DNA from: Lama guanicoe
Lineage: Eukaryota
Direction: 5' to 3'
Assembly: GCA_013239625.1 (NCBI GenBank)
Contig: MU057340.1
Span: 2,667,289-2,731,288 of the forward strand
DNA length: 64,000 nt
A model generated the notes under the pieces. The model worked only from the letters and a program-made list of their open reading frames with translations. It had not been told where the DNA came from and searched no databases. Position numbers and translations under genes: made by a program. Positions 24,251 through 35,769 of the stretch are shown here, in pieces. Position 1 is the first letter of the stretch. The number at the start of each line of letters is the position of its first letter.

Positions 24251-25302
24251 ACCTCCTGGGAGAGGCCTTCTTCGACCATCTCCTCCAAAGTAGTGCCTCG
24301 AGTACTTTAAAAGAAAAATCCCATCTCCCCGTGTCATTTTTCTTCCTGGAATTTACTGCCATCTGTCATTCTTCTATTTATTATTTCTCCCCCAAAATGA
24401 ACGAAGCCTCTGTGAGAGCAGCGACCCTGTGGGTCTTTTTCCAGCTGTGCACACAAAGCCAATGGCACAGATATTTCCTAAAGTGCCAGGCTGGATGAAT
24501 AAGAGCCAATCCAGGGGACAGTCTAGACCCAAGGAGCTCAGGGACCCAGGAGACAGGAGGCAAGACAGACCAGGTGTACAGACCTGGAGGCCAAGGGGGA
24601 CCAGGCAGCAGGGAAACAGGATATTGATGGCAGGATGGGGTGGGGGTAGGAGTTGGCAGGGATGCTGATGGCTCCCAGCTGCTTCAGCCTGAGCTAGTGA
24701 CTGGTCCAGGGAGAAGCGTCCCAGCACCCAGAGAATCAAGCTGGTGAGAAAGGTCAGGGTGTGGCTGGACCACAGGGTGGTGGGTGGTGTCTGTTCCCTC
24801 AGGTCTCTATTCCTGTTCCTTAGAGAACACAAGTAGACCAGGCCTGGCCTGTTAGATAAGAGGTGATCACTGGGGATCAGAATTTGGGCCAGGCCATTGG
24901 AGACAGAGATCAATTCACCTCAGAAACAAGAGCAGCATTGACTGAGGTGAGTGACACCCTTCATGACGCAATCCCTGAGAAAGCACTGACAGGCATGGCC
25001 TTGCCACGCAGGCCCGGGCAATGCAGCGGAGGCTGAACTGCAGAAGGCTCTGGCTCCACACACTCCTCTCAGCGGTGTGGAGAAACACCCAGGAACACCC
25101 TCAACACCCCAGGAATGAATGCTCTGTTTCACACAGGCTTCCCAGGACATTGTCCAGGCATGGCTTCTGAACGTCCAAATCCCAAAGGAAGTTCAGAAGT
25201 CTCTTCAAAGCAGCGGGGATGGGGAGGAGGAGATCCTGTTTGAAAGGGCTTCTACTGCTGTTTGAGGACTCTTCAAACTAACAGCCAACAGCAACCATGT
25301 GT

Positions 25303-25485
25303 AAGGGACTGACAAACATTTTGGCGAAGGACCAGCCAGTAAATATTTTGGGCTTTACATGCTCTGTGGCAACCACTCAGCTCCGCAGTTATAGCCCCAA
25401 AGCAGCCACAGACAATGCACAAACAACAGGGTGCTGGGTTCCAAACACTTCTCATATAAGAGCAGGAGGATTTGGCCCAAGGTCA
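25303..25485 (+). mobile_element. MER58A (hAT-Charlie)
   Basis: gacaaacatttt...agtaaatattttgggcttt...accactcagctccgcagttatagccccaaagcagccacagacaat. A second MER58-like 3' piece lies at about 25630-25740. Confidence 0.8.
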
Positions 25486-26408
25486 CGGGAGTCCTGGGAA
25501 ATTGTTGAGTCAAAGATGGACATGATCAGATGAGTGTTATTGAATGAACTATGGAGACTGCTGAAAGATGGATTCAGCATGCTTTAGATGGTATGTGAAA
25601 TAAACATGGGTATTACCACATTTCTGTTATTGCAGCTGTTATAAACAAACAGCAGTGTTTGTGTTCCAAGAAACTTTCTTTACACAGACAGGCAGGGTTC
25701 CAAATCTGATCCACTGGTCATGGTTTATTGAACATTTCTGCTCCAGCATCTCAAGTCAGGAATTTTAATAAATCAGTAATAATCTAATATCAGTGATAAT
25801 GATTCTTCAAACAGGTGCCAAGCTATTGAAGACACATTTATAGCCCATTGAGAGCTTCTGTGATACCAACATGGGGATGGGAGAAGGAATTTTTTTTGTT
25901 GTTGTTTTTTTTAAATTAACTGCATTCATTCAAACCAGACACAGGTCCCAGCCACAGAGAATCAGCCCTCCACTCTTTCAGAGCAGACATCTAGACAGCA
26001 CTCTGTATGTACATGGGCTGCATTTGTGGCAGAAAAAGAGACACAAACCAATGGCTCATTTATCCTTATCCCAGCGCCCACAGTCCAGTTCAACCACTGA
26101 ACATCCTATAGCCTCTGTATCTCCATGTGCTGTCTACCATCAACCACCAGAGCAGCCCAGCTATTGACATGTCCACAACTGCCACTGACGAATCCCCGGG
26201 GAAGCACACACCATCAGAAGGGCCTTCCAGCTCTCCAGGACTGGCCCTGAACTATGCCGTCTGGCTCAGTGCCAACTGCTGGTGCCCATAACTGAGAGCC
26301 AGGGAGAAGCAGGTTGTCAATTTTTTAATAACAAAATCCAATTATCTGCTTGAGAACTTTCCACCAGAAGATGCCGTTAGATTGTGTTTGCTGTTTCTAC
26401 TTTTAGTA

Positions 26409-26592
26409 CAGTGGCTCTCCAAGGCGGAAAGGGGGGCAATCTTGCCCCCTCAAGTCTGGAGACATTTTTGATGCTACTGGCATGTAGTGGGTAGATACAC
26501 CAGAGATGTGCTAACCATCCAATAAGGCCCAAACAGTCTCCCACCCACAGACTCACCTGGCCCCAAACATACTAGTGCCAGGTGAGGACCTG
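26409..26592 (+). mobile_element. MER20
   Basis: cagtggctctcc...ttgccccctc...tctggagacatttttg...tgctactgggcatgtagtgggtaga...tagtgccaggtgag. Confidence 0.8.
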
Positions 26593-28892
26593 TGTCTTAG
26601 TGAGATTTCACCACGTAATAATCCCAGTGCATCAAACACATGTGCACAGTCCAATTAAATTTCCGAAACTCGGCTCCAAAGACCACCTTGATTGGCACTG
26701 GAGTTGATTAGATGAAGGGGGAAAATAGGTTAGACTTGCCGATGGGGCCGTCGGGTTGTTTCTTTGTTGTTTAGGAGAAAAAGAATTATTTTGCTAAGGT
26801 TCATCTGTAAAGGGAGGAAGCTGAAATAAATTTCTGTAGTTTCTTTGAGCTCCAAAGCCCTATGATTATAAGCATAAGGGGGCTGATATTCTAACAGACT
26901 ACACTGGGGATTTTTATTAACTTTCTAAAAAACATACTGTCTCTTTGAGGCTGAAAAGCTAAGATCAGATCATTGCTCTTTAGATTGCAGACGTGCTTAG
27001 CAGTACGTGAAAAAGAAAAACTGGTCCAAACAACTAAAAAAAATAAAGTCCATGTATTTGCCATTCGTGGGGCTTCTTCCTTCCTATGGAAAAGGTTTGA
27101 GAGAGTCTGAGATAAACAGCAGGAGGAAATTACTACTGGACCATAAATCCCTTTCCCTCCAAACGTGTAACATGGAATGCAATGAGCCAGAAATTTGAAA
27201 ACAGCATTTGTCCTACTTGTGATATTTACTTGTATCACACTGGTAACACCAATTTGCTTCATTTTTTTCCTGGTGGTTTACCTATAATGTTTGGGGAATA
27301 TCACAGAAGATCTAAGTCAATGAGTAATTTAAAACACACTCTGAAAAACCACCTAGTTGGTTTGCAACGTCAGCTCTCAAACTAGTCTCATTTTTTTGAT
27401 CCACCAGATCAAAAAAGGGGACATTTTATCTAGACATATTAAAAAGCAGTCCCTACAGACACTGCCTAATCTTGATGGAATAGATTCAAAGCAGACTGTG
27501 TGATCATTCAAATAGTAGGTAATGAAAAAATGTCCATGTTGTATGTTAAAAGCAACCGTTTCCTGCATAGTTCTACATAAATTTTTAATACCTACGTACA
27601 ATTAAAAAGTAACCAATTTTTCTGGATTCTTCCAAAAAGAAAAATATGTATGTGTAAAATTGAGCATGATTTCTTGTCTTGAACTCAAGCTTCAACCTGT
27701 TGCTATGCATCTTCAGGAATCATCAGTCCAACTCTACCTATGTCAGAGACCTTGACTTGGGTCATCAACCTTTCCTACCTCACCCAACCCCATTCTTGTA
27801 TCTCACTGATATTATACCCAGGTCCCAAACCCTGAGGCCACTCAAGTCTCTCAGTGACCAGACTTGTCAGTGAACAGTAGCAGACGGTCATCTTCTGCAG
27901 ATCAAGTCCACTCCAGTACTCAGGGACCACAGGACATCTGGGACATGGATTCTCCAAAACAGTCTGATCCGAATTTCATTTGTGATTTTTGTTTTGTATT
28001 TGTGTGTATATGTTTTTGTAAATCGTTTGTGTCCCTATATATATATTTGTATATATGTATTATGTATATATAAAATACATGAGAGAGAAACACTGAAATG
28101 TGAATTGTGGTTACTTCCTAGAGTGGTAGATTTATATGTGATTTTTCCTTTTTCTCCTTGTCTTTTTTGTTTTTGCTCATCCACAGCTTCCAAATTTTTC
28201 TAAAAGCAATATTTTTGCCCAAAGAAAAATAAGTAATATTCCATATGTGTATTTTTTTTTCACTCAACCTCACATCAAAAAAGATTTCAGGCACCTGACC
28301 AAAAAAGTAACAGACACTAAAAGCTTTCTTTCTAAAGTAGGGCAGTCAGAGACAAGAGTAAGAAACAAGGGCAGTAAAAGCTGAGGAACCAAAGGTTAAA
28401 GTTGTTCGCCAGCGTGGAAGCCCTCACGTCCTGCATACTGGCTGGCGGGAGGCACTCACTTGGCTCTGAGTTTCTTGGCATCCCTGGAACTTTCCTCCCC
28501 ACCCTCCTTACCTCACCCTCGCCGGTCCTAATTAAATTTTGTTTAGGGAGCGATAATGAGAATATTTTTCGACATTCCCTGATCATCCTCCCGGATGAGA
28601 TCATGCAATCCAGCCGTGCATCAAGAGGAGGAGCCGGCTGCACACACAACCAATAGAGCACAGACCTTTCTGTCCCACCGCCCCTTGGGCTGAGTGTCAC
28701 TGTGTACAAGAGGTCAGAATCTCCCAAAAGGCACTGCTTTAACCTTCTCAAAGTGGCCCTCTGTGTGCAATTTATTGCCATGAAGGCAGCGGTGAGGGAT
28801 ATACTCAATCCACGACGAAGTGTGAGAGCCTCTGGGGTCCTTTCCAGGAAAAGCTACACTCAGTGGAGAAGCCCCAGCGGTGTGGTGCTTAC

Positions 28893-29133
28893 CGTAAGCT
28901 GTCATGACACCTGCGTAGGGACCATCCACCACGTTCCTGTTTTCTTCTGCCAGCGCCTTGATGTACCTCTTACTGAGGTCCAGGATCTGCTCCCGGAGCA
29001 TGGAGCTGCTCTCGGGCTGAGTTCGCTGCTGGATGGTAAAATGCAGGAGCATCATACCCCAAATAAAGCCAAAAGTCACGAGGAAAAAGCCCAGCTTCTG
29101 AGAGGACAGCTTCCACGGAGTAAAGAGAGCCAT
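28893..29133 (-). CDS. MGAT5: MGAT5 first coding exon (aa 1-80: cytoplasmic tail, type II transmembrane anchor, start of stem)
   Basis: Translates to MALFTPWKLSSQKLGFFLVTFGFIWGMMLLHFTIQQRTQPESSSMLREQILDLSKRYIKALAEENRNVVDGPYAGVMTAY, the GnT-V N-terminus. ATG at 29133 is in strong Kozak context (gcaATGG). Donor TACG|GTAAGC at 28893/28892; 241 nt, phase 1. Confidence 0.98.
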
Positions 29134-29167
29134 TGCTCCCTCCGGCAACTTCACCTGCCTGGGGCTC

Positions 29168-29197
29168 TTAAAGCGCAGCGCGGAGACACAAGTTCAT
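29168..29197 (-). promoter_or_regulatory. uORF2 (MNLCLRAAL*, 9 aa) in the MGAT5 5' UTR
   Basis: ATG at 29197 (accATGa, -3 A) to TAA at 29170-29168; ends 34 nt before the main ATG. Confidence 0.6.
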
Positions 29198-29228
29198 GGT
29201 GTAGGCTGGGTTTGTGGGTTTCTCCGTC

Positions 29229-29273
29229 TCACTCTGGCTCCTGCGTCAGCTGATTTTCTTTCCTCGCTTCCAT
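29229..29273 (-). promoter_or_regulatory. uORF1 (MEARKENQLTQEPE*, 14 aa) in the MGAT5 5' UTR
   Basis: ATG at 29273 (aggATGG, strong context) to TGA at 29231-29229; out of frame with the main ORF. Confidence 0.6.
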
Positions 29274-30504
29274 CCTGCTGTGAAGAAAGGGGAAAGTTAG
29301 CAGAGTCATGGTGGCAAAACATACTGAAATAAACCAGAGCCGTGTTTTCACTCAAATGGCCCTAAAATGTGAACTTCCTTTTTTCTTCATTTGCTGGTTC
29401 CATATCTTATGTTATGACTCGGGATCTGTAAAGCTGAGAAGGGAAACCTGGCTGGGCGACAAAAAGCTGTACAAATACGAGGGTTGTGGGGAGGAGGGGG
29501 AAGTGGGCATCTGAGTGTGTTAACAGGTGTAGCAGGGCTGTTCCAGTCTGGACAGAGTTCAAAACAGGAAGCTTATTTTGCAAGGTGGGGAGGAGATGGA
29601 AGGATATTTCATGGAATGTCAGCAAAACCCCAAGTGGAGGGTGGAGTCATACCACCACCGGGCACTTTTGTGCATCTGAAACTTGAGCTTACAAAAGTCA
29701 TTATTATGGACTCTGGCAAGGATTGGAGCATGCAGCTGGTGAGGGGAGCCTGAAAGTGGATGCCCCCTGGAGACAAGGAGAGGGGAGAGAGCCCCCATGT
29801 TACTTAAGTAAGGCCAGCTTTCATTAGCAGTGTCTGGAGCTGAGCTGAACGTCTCAGGGCCACCAGGTGCCCTCTCCCCAGGCACCCGTACAGAGAGGCT
29901 ATGCCAGGGTACCCAATCGCCTTTCCACTCCAGCTACTGTAAGTGAAAGCTGAACCTCACTGCTCACTTGCACACTTCAACCCAGGAAATGTGGGGCACA
30001 CAACGTCCTGCTTTTCCGTGGTTCTCATTTTCGCTTACATCACAGGGCAAAATGAGAGGTGAGAAGGCAGAGATTCAATAGAACGCAGTCAGATCCTACC
30101 CATTACCAGGGCAGGCTGAGCCAGGGTCCTAAATCAAGGCTTCCCAACAAACGGGGCTGAAGCACAGCTTGCAAATGGGTTGCCAGGAGGCCAGGATACT
30201 CGCCCCTTTACAGAGTCCTGGGCCCAAGAACCAGCCAGCTAGCCAACAGCACTATCTTCGATGTGCACCAAAGCCAGAGGCTAAGCGTGATCTCCGACGT
30301 GGGACTAAGCCAGGATGTATTCAGAGAGTGTGGATGTTTCAGTTCAAAGCATCCTTCTTCCTAAGCACCTAAGAAGAGATGATAATGAGATCCTGGGGCA
30401 GTGAGCTCTCAGCGTCTGCAACGCAGCGGGTCTCGGCGGGTCCTCCTCGTCCCACAACAGAGGTATCAGCAGCACCACCGTGAGACTGAGAGTAAATGGT
30501 AAAT

Positions 30505-31025
30505 AAATTGCACATCTGTCCCAGGCACTGGGATAAATGCTTTTTGTGCCTTAGCTCACTGAATTCTTGGAAGAGTCTTATACACTAAGACTATTAATAT
30601 TTTTATGTTTGACTTTCAAAACAATTTTTTTGAAGTATAGTTGATTTGCAATGTTGTGTTAGTTTCTGGTGTACAGCACAGTGATTCATTCATACATATA
30701 TATTCCTTTTCATCATAGACCATTGCAAGATGCTGGATATACTTCCCTGTGCGATACGGAAGAAACTTGTTTATCTATTTCATGTAGAGTAGTTACTATC
30801 TGCAGATCCCAAACTCCTAATTTATCCCTCCCCCTCTTTTGCCTTTGTCTTCTATGTCTGTGAGTCTGTACCTGTTTTGTAAATAAGTTCATTTGTACCA
30901 TTTTTATCTATTTTATAAATAGTAGTTAGTATCTGTTTTATAGATGGAAAAACAAAGGCACAGGGAGATTACCTTGGCAAAGGTCTGCCAGCTCTGTGGG
31001 AGAGGTGGGATCATCTCCTTGCAGC
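30505..31025 (-). mobile_element. MIR SINE interrupted by an L1 insertion
   Basis: MIR 3' half at 30505-30600 (ccaggcactgggataaatgc) and core at 30930-31025 (ttttatagatggaaaaacaaaggcacag), either side of an L1 end. Confidence 0.55.
30624..30908 (-). mobile_element. Young L1 3' end
   Basis: ttttttgaagtatagttgatttgcaatgttgtgttagtttctggtgtacagc...cccaaactcctaatttatccc...aaataagttcatttgtacc. Confidence 0.9.
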
Positions 31026-31026
31026 C

Positions 31027-31227
31027 CAGGAGTCAGTGAGCCCCGCCCTCCCTTCCCAGGGCTCATCCCTCCTGCCTGCCAGCCTGTTTCTTTATGGCTA
31101 AGCATGGTCAGTAAATGCTTAAAGGGTTGTGAAAAGCAACAAAGAATATGTGACTCAAATCCAACGCAGCTCAAAAGCCTACAACCTTCACTATTGGCCC
31201 TGAACAGAAAAAGTTTACCAACTGCTG
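31027..31227. mobile_element. MER58B/C-like hAT MITE
   Basis: cctgcctgccagcctgttt...aaagggttgtgaaaag...aaagaatatgtgac...ctattggccctgaacagaaaaagtttaccaactgctg. Confidence 0.7.
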
Positions 31228-31237
31228 AATTCAAGGC

Positions 31238-31423
31238 CACTGGTTCTCAAAGTGTGGTCCCTAATTCAGCAGCAGCAAGAGCAGCAGTCAGAGGGCAAAT
31301 TCTCGGGCCCCACCCCAGACCTGCTGAATCAGCAGCTATTGTGGGATGGGGAGGAGGCAGCCACCTGTGCTTCAATAAGCCCTCTGGGAGACGTTGATGC
31401 CCACTCAAGTCTGGGAGCCCCTG
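31238..31423. mobile_element. MER5A (hAT-Charlie)
   Basis: ctggttctcaaagtgtggtccc...gcaaattctcgggccccaccccagacctgctgaatcag...ttcaataagccctc. Confidence 0.85.
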
Positions 31424-33239
31424 GTGGACTCAGGCAGATGGATGCCGTCAGGAAGCTGCACCACCATGCTGCCACCGCAACGTGCTGGGAACTCTGTCCG
31501 GCCCATCCTCCTTCCACACCCGCCGGTCTGGGAAACCCCATAACCAACCCTGCAGGGTCTTCCTGTCTTCGTTTGAGCAGCTCTCCCTACCTGGCTGTCC
31601 CTCCCCATGTCACACTGATAATCCAAACCCAGCCTGTCCCCAAACACCAGCTCCTGTCCCACCTGCTTCAGACCCCCTTCCCACTGCTCTGCCCCCGACG
31701 CGCCTTCCTAGTCTGCAGTTGTACAACACTGACTGACTATGTGGGCTGTTCGCCGGTTTCTGTGTGGGAGGCATGACATCCTTGAAGGGACGTTCTGTTC
31801 TCAGAGAAAGACACTGGGCCCAGGGGCACAATAAAATACCTGCTGACCGAGTGAGCTTGCCGTCTGGGCACTGTGACACTTCACTCAGCCCTTTACACGC
31901 AGGCCAGCTGAAAGGTACCGGCCCTCCACTCTCTCCACAGGGGTGCACTGAGCACCTGCTGGCCCCAGGCCCTGGGGGCTGAACAAGGAACCAGACACGG
32001 CTTCCAGCCTCAAGGGGCTGGTGCTTTAGAAGCCATCCCTCTAACCAGTGCTGCCCTCAGTTCCTCAGGAAGTGGCTGCACCTCCTTTTTGACAACCCAC
32101 ACCTAGCTAGCCGATATCGCCCCCGGGCTGGAGGGGTTTTCCCAGAGCAAGTAACCTGGGTGCTCTTCCAGGACAGTCTCTGGTCATTTTCTTCTGTTAT
32201 TTTAGGAGACAGCCCCAAATGCAGACAGGAATTACCTGTCTGCTTGCAGATAGGAAGCCCCACCCAGCTTCCTCCATCAATCCCCTGAAGAAGTTGCTCA
32301 AGGCAGCAAAGTTGAAGCAAAGGAAAGACCAAGGCCAAGAACTGAGCAGGGACCCAGGGGGAGGGGGCTTGCTTCTCTACCTTGGTCTTGGGGAGAGTCA
32401 GGATCACCCAGCTGGTGCATTCGAGGTGCAAAAAGATGATCAAGACACCTGGGGACAGTCAGATGACGCCAGCTCAGAGACATACAAATTAGGAGGGAAA
32501 CTTCTAACTTGAAGTTCAGAGCACAGTTCTGACTACTGAGGGCCCAGGTTTTGAGTGAATACCAAACTCTCAGAAATATTCTTTTCTCCAAAGGAATCCA
32601 TAGTTTGAAATCACAGCAACTGTATCAGCACGCAGAGTTAGATTAGAATTCGTATCTCCAATCCCTATTAAGAAGGAATTTAAAAAGACTTTTCAAAATC
32701 ATTATTTGGGAAATACCCCTAACTCCCACAGTAATAGGATAACAATAGGACAGCAATCCACACCAGAGGGTGTTGTTGCCAAAAAGGACTTAATAATAGT
32801 CATCAGCAATGGCCATGATATTAACCACGAGGCCACAGAACAACAGCGATCAAAATGTTGTCAATCAAGCTAAGAATCTTCCTGCCTCCAGAACTCCTGA
32901 CAGCTGGATCCTCTAGCAAAGTGCATCCAACAGGCTACACAGTAGATCTCAAGTCTTGGCTGCCAACCAGAGTAGTGACAGCCCAGGGCCATGACTTTAC
33001 CAATCCTCCTCCAGAAAGAAGTCTGCACCATCTGTGTGCAATGAGCTAAGCCCCTAGTTCCATCACAGCCACTGCCCACCCTAACATGCACCTCCTCCCT
33101 TCCTGCACTTCCTCAAAGAGCAGCCCTCACTTCCTCCCTCCCCATTCACTCTGCAACACAATGCAATTAGGCAACCACCTTTCAAAATGTGATCAAAGAT
33201 CTCTGGCAAGGAAATGTGTCTGTTCTCTTACTGTAAAAA

Positions 33240-34055
33240 ATAAGAGTATGTGAAAGGAGGCCCAACGCCACTCGTCATGAGAGAAATTCAAACCGAAAGC
33301 ACACACACACAGTCAAAAGCACAATGAAACACCAATTCACACCCATGAGGATGGCTACCATCAAAAAAGATAGGTAAGAAAAGTGTTGGTGAGGTTGGAG
33401 AGAAGCTGGAACCTTTATACACTGTGGGTGGGGCTGTACAATGGTGTGGAAGATCGTCTGGCGCTTCCTCAAATAGTTAAGCGGAGAGTCTGAACGTGAC
33501 CCAGCCAACTCCGCTCCAAGGAATTCTCCCAAGAGAAATAAAAGCGTCTGTCTACACAAAAATTTAAACATGAATGTTTGCTGCAATATCATTCATAACA
33601 GACAAAAAAAAGAAACATTCCACATGTTCAACAACTGACAAATGGATGACCAAAGTGGGGCACATACATACAATGGAGCTCAATTCTTCAATAAAAAGAA
33701 ATGAAGTACTGATATGTGCTACGACATGGACGATCCTGGAAACATCACGCGAAGTGAAAAAAGACAGTCACAAAACACCATATGTTGTATGATTCCATTT
33801 ATATCAAATGCCTAGAATAGGCAAATCTATAGAAGCAGAAAGTACAATAGCAGTTGCTTAGGGCTGGAGGGGATGGGGAAGCAGGAGGTGAGAACTAAGG
33901 CATGCAGGCTTATTCTGGGAGGCAACGAAAACGTCCTTAAAATGGATCGTGATGATGGGTGCACAATTTTGCGGATATACGAAGAAACACTGAATTATAC
34001 ACTTTAAATGGGAGAATCGTATGATATGTGAAACATAGCTCGATAAAGCTGTTCC
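33240..34055 (+). mobile_element. Older L1M (L1MB-like) ORF2 end and 3' UTR
   Basis: aggatggctaccatcaaaaa...gtgttggtgagg...aaaagaaatgaagtactgatatgtgctacgacatgg...atgattccatttatat...gataaagctgtt. Confidence 0.85.
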
Positions 34056-34779
34056 AAAACAGAAAGAAAGAAAGCCCCTCTCCAAAGCTGCGGGGTAGGG
34101 GAGGAGCGGTATTTGGAGACAGGCAGATAAGCCCCACAGGTGCACCCAGCCCTTCCCTCTCTCCCCACAGCACAGCCAAGCCTAGGCTGTGCCACTACTA
34201 AGGGCTGACCGCAGCCGTAGCAGCAGAAGGAAATTATAGAGAGAAATCTGCCATCCGTTTACCAGATCCGGCTGCTCTTTCAAGCTCCAGATCCACTTCC
34301 CTGGCCACCCTTTAAGGTGTGGTCGGCTTTGCCTGCTAGATGCCAATTTCTCAGACCACTTGAGAACACTCCAAACCAACAGCCCCTGTCCCATGGAGTG
34401 GAAAGCCGACTGATGAGGTGGTGGAGCAGTTCCTTCAGATGCCCATCCAACATCCATTTCTTGTATCAGGACCTGTCTCTTTGGAGGATGAATGAAGTTG
34501 GAAATGCCCATCCCTTCAGAAGCAATGCCAGCCCCAACCACAGAGATCCGATCTCTTCCTACAGCCCACAGGACCATTCCATCACAGCCTGCCGGTCCCA
34601 CGTTCACCTGGGAAGCACGACTCACACTTAGTCACTCACAGACCTCTGTGGTCCTAACTGTGCACCACCTGAACTTCCCTTCGGTCTTTCGATGGTGGCT
34701 ATCAGAGCCTACCTCTCGCCTCATCCTGAGAAGTGACATTCAAGACATCCCGAGTCTGCTGTGCTCAGCCATGGTGCCT

Positions 34780-35045
34780 TGGGAAGCCTCACCCCATCTC
34801 ACAACTGAACCCCGCATCCTGCATGAAACCTCCCTCCCTTGGCTCCCCAGACCGAGGGGGCTCCTCCTCCTTGGAACACCCTCAGCAGTACGAGCTCCTC
34901 CTGCAGAGCTTCTTACCCACTGCTCTGTCGAATCATCTTTTCTTTCATCTTTCCTATGGATCTGTAAACTCCCTAAAGACAGGAAGTACCAGGAACGGGA
35001 CTGCCTTGTACACAGGGGGCAGTTGTTAAGTGTTTGCCAGACGAA
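34780..35045 (+). mobile_element. L2 fragment
   Basis: catgaaacctccct...ctgtaaactccctaaagacagg...ctgccttgtacacagggggcagttgttaagtgtttg. Confidence 0.5.
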
Positions 35046-35769
35046 AGAGCGGGATGGTGGCAATGAGATGAGGAAACACAAATGAGCAGTGACCTTCAGG
35101 ACCACCTCCTGATGTGATCCACAAAGAAGCCGGGCACTCTGGGACTCTGTGTGCACCTGACTTGCTGGGAGTTTTTACCCTAAGATCTATCACATAGCAG
35201 TGAAAGATCATCACTGCTTAGAACAGATGGAGTTAAACTATAGTGGATATGGTGGTAGACAAGCACTGAAAGGGAAAAAAAAAAGGGAAAAAGCTCCAAA
35301 AAAAAAAATTCTAGAAGGGACAGTGACTGTGGGAACAAAAAGATGTCCAAGACAAGGGATGGGAGAGGAAATGGTGGGGTGGACTTTGGTGGAGGCTGTT
35401 GGTTATATTACTGGGCATCGGAGATGATCACAGGAAGACACTGGAAGGGTGGTGCGGAGAAGCTGACTCAACTATTGCACACAAGGCCTGGAAACCTCAA
35501 CCCATTGCTCGTTCCATCTGTCGGCACTGTGGGATCCTAGACAAGTCTGTCTCAGGTTCTGCACATGTAAAGCGCGGAAAGTTGTAGGACCACGGAACAC
35601 TGTACATACAGCTACATGACTGAAGGTGACTGATCCTATTTACTGGTTTTCAAACTGTCTTCCAAAGGACTTCACGGTCCCCAGAGGTGTTTCCAAAGTT
35701 CCACAAACGTTTTAATTTGAATTCTGTTTTCCTTTGTTAAAAACAGCTTGTCTTTAAAAAATCTGTTAG

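Larger units (their letters stand above)
12691..28892 (-). other. MGAT5: MGAT5 intron between coding exons 1 and 2 (16.2 kb, GT-AG)
   Basis: Canonical GTAAG donor and polypyrimidine-CAG acceptor; the reading frame is continuous across the junction (G|AT = Asp81). Confidence 0.95.
29134..29277 (-). other. MGAT5: 5' UTR part of the MGAT5 first coding exon, preceded by a splice acceptor
   Basis: Minus strand reads gctaac (branch-point-like) tttcccctttcttca CAG CAG GATGG: a polypyrimidine tract plus tandem AG at 29280-29275, implying an upstream non-coding exon. Confidence 0.75.

Noticed and set aside
23864-24362. Several 95-148 aa Pro/Ala/Arg-rich ORFs on both strands
   Set aside because: Expected from GC-rich, stop-poor sequence; no homology or splice support seen.
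29134-29154. N-terminal extension MKLPEGA from the ORF track
   Set aside because: Starts at a GTG in weak context (-3 C); the known protein begins at the strong-Kozak ATG at 29133.
28702-29253. 183-aa plus-strand ORF overlapping the first MGAT5 coding exon
   Set aside because: Antisense shadow of a real exon with a non-ATG start and no recognisable domain.
29856-29875. CTCF-like GGCCACCAGGTGCCC near the first coding exon
   Set aside because: Mismatch in the highly conserved GGC core, so only a weak match.
34492-35085. 197-aa plus-strand ORF
   Set aside because: Runs through a degenerate L2 fragment and has no recognisable domain; probably chance.
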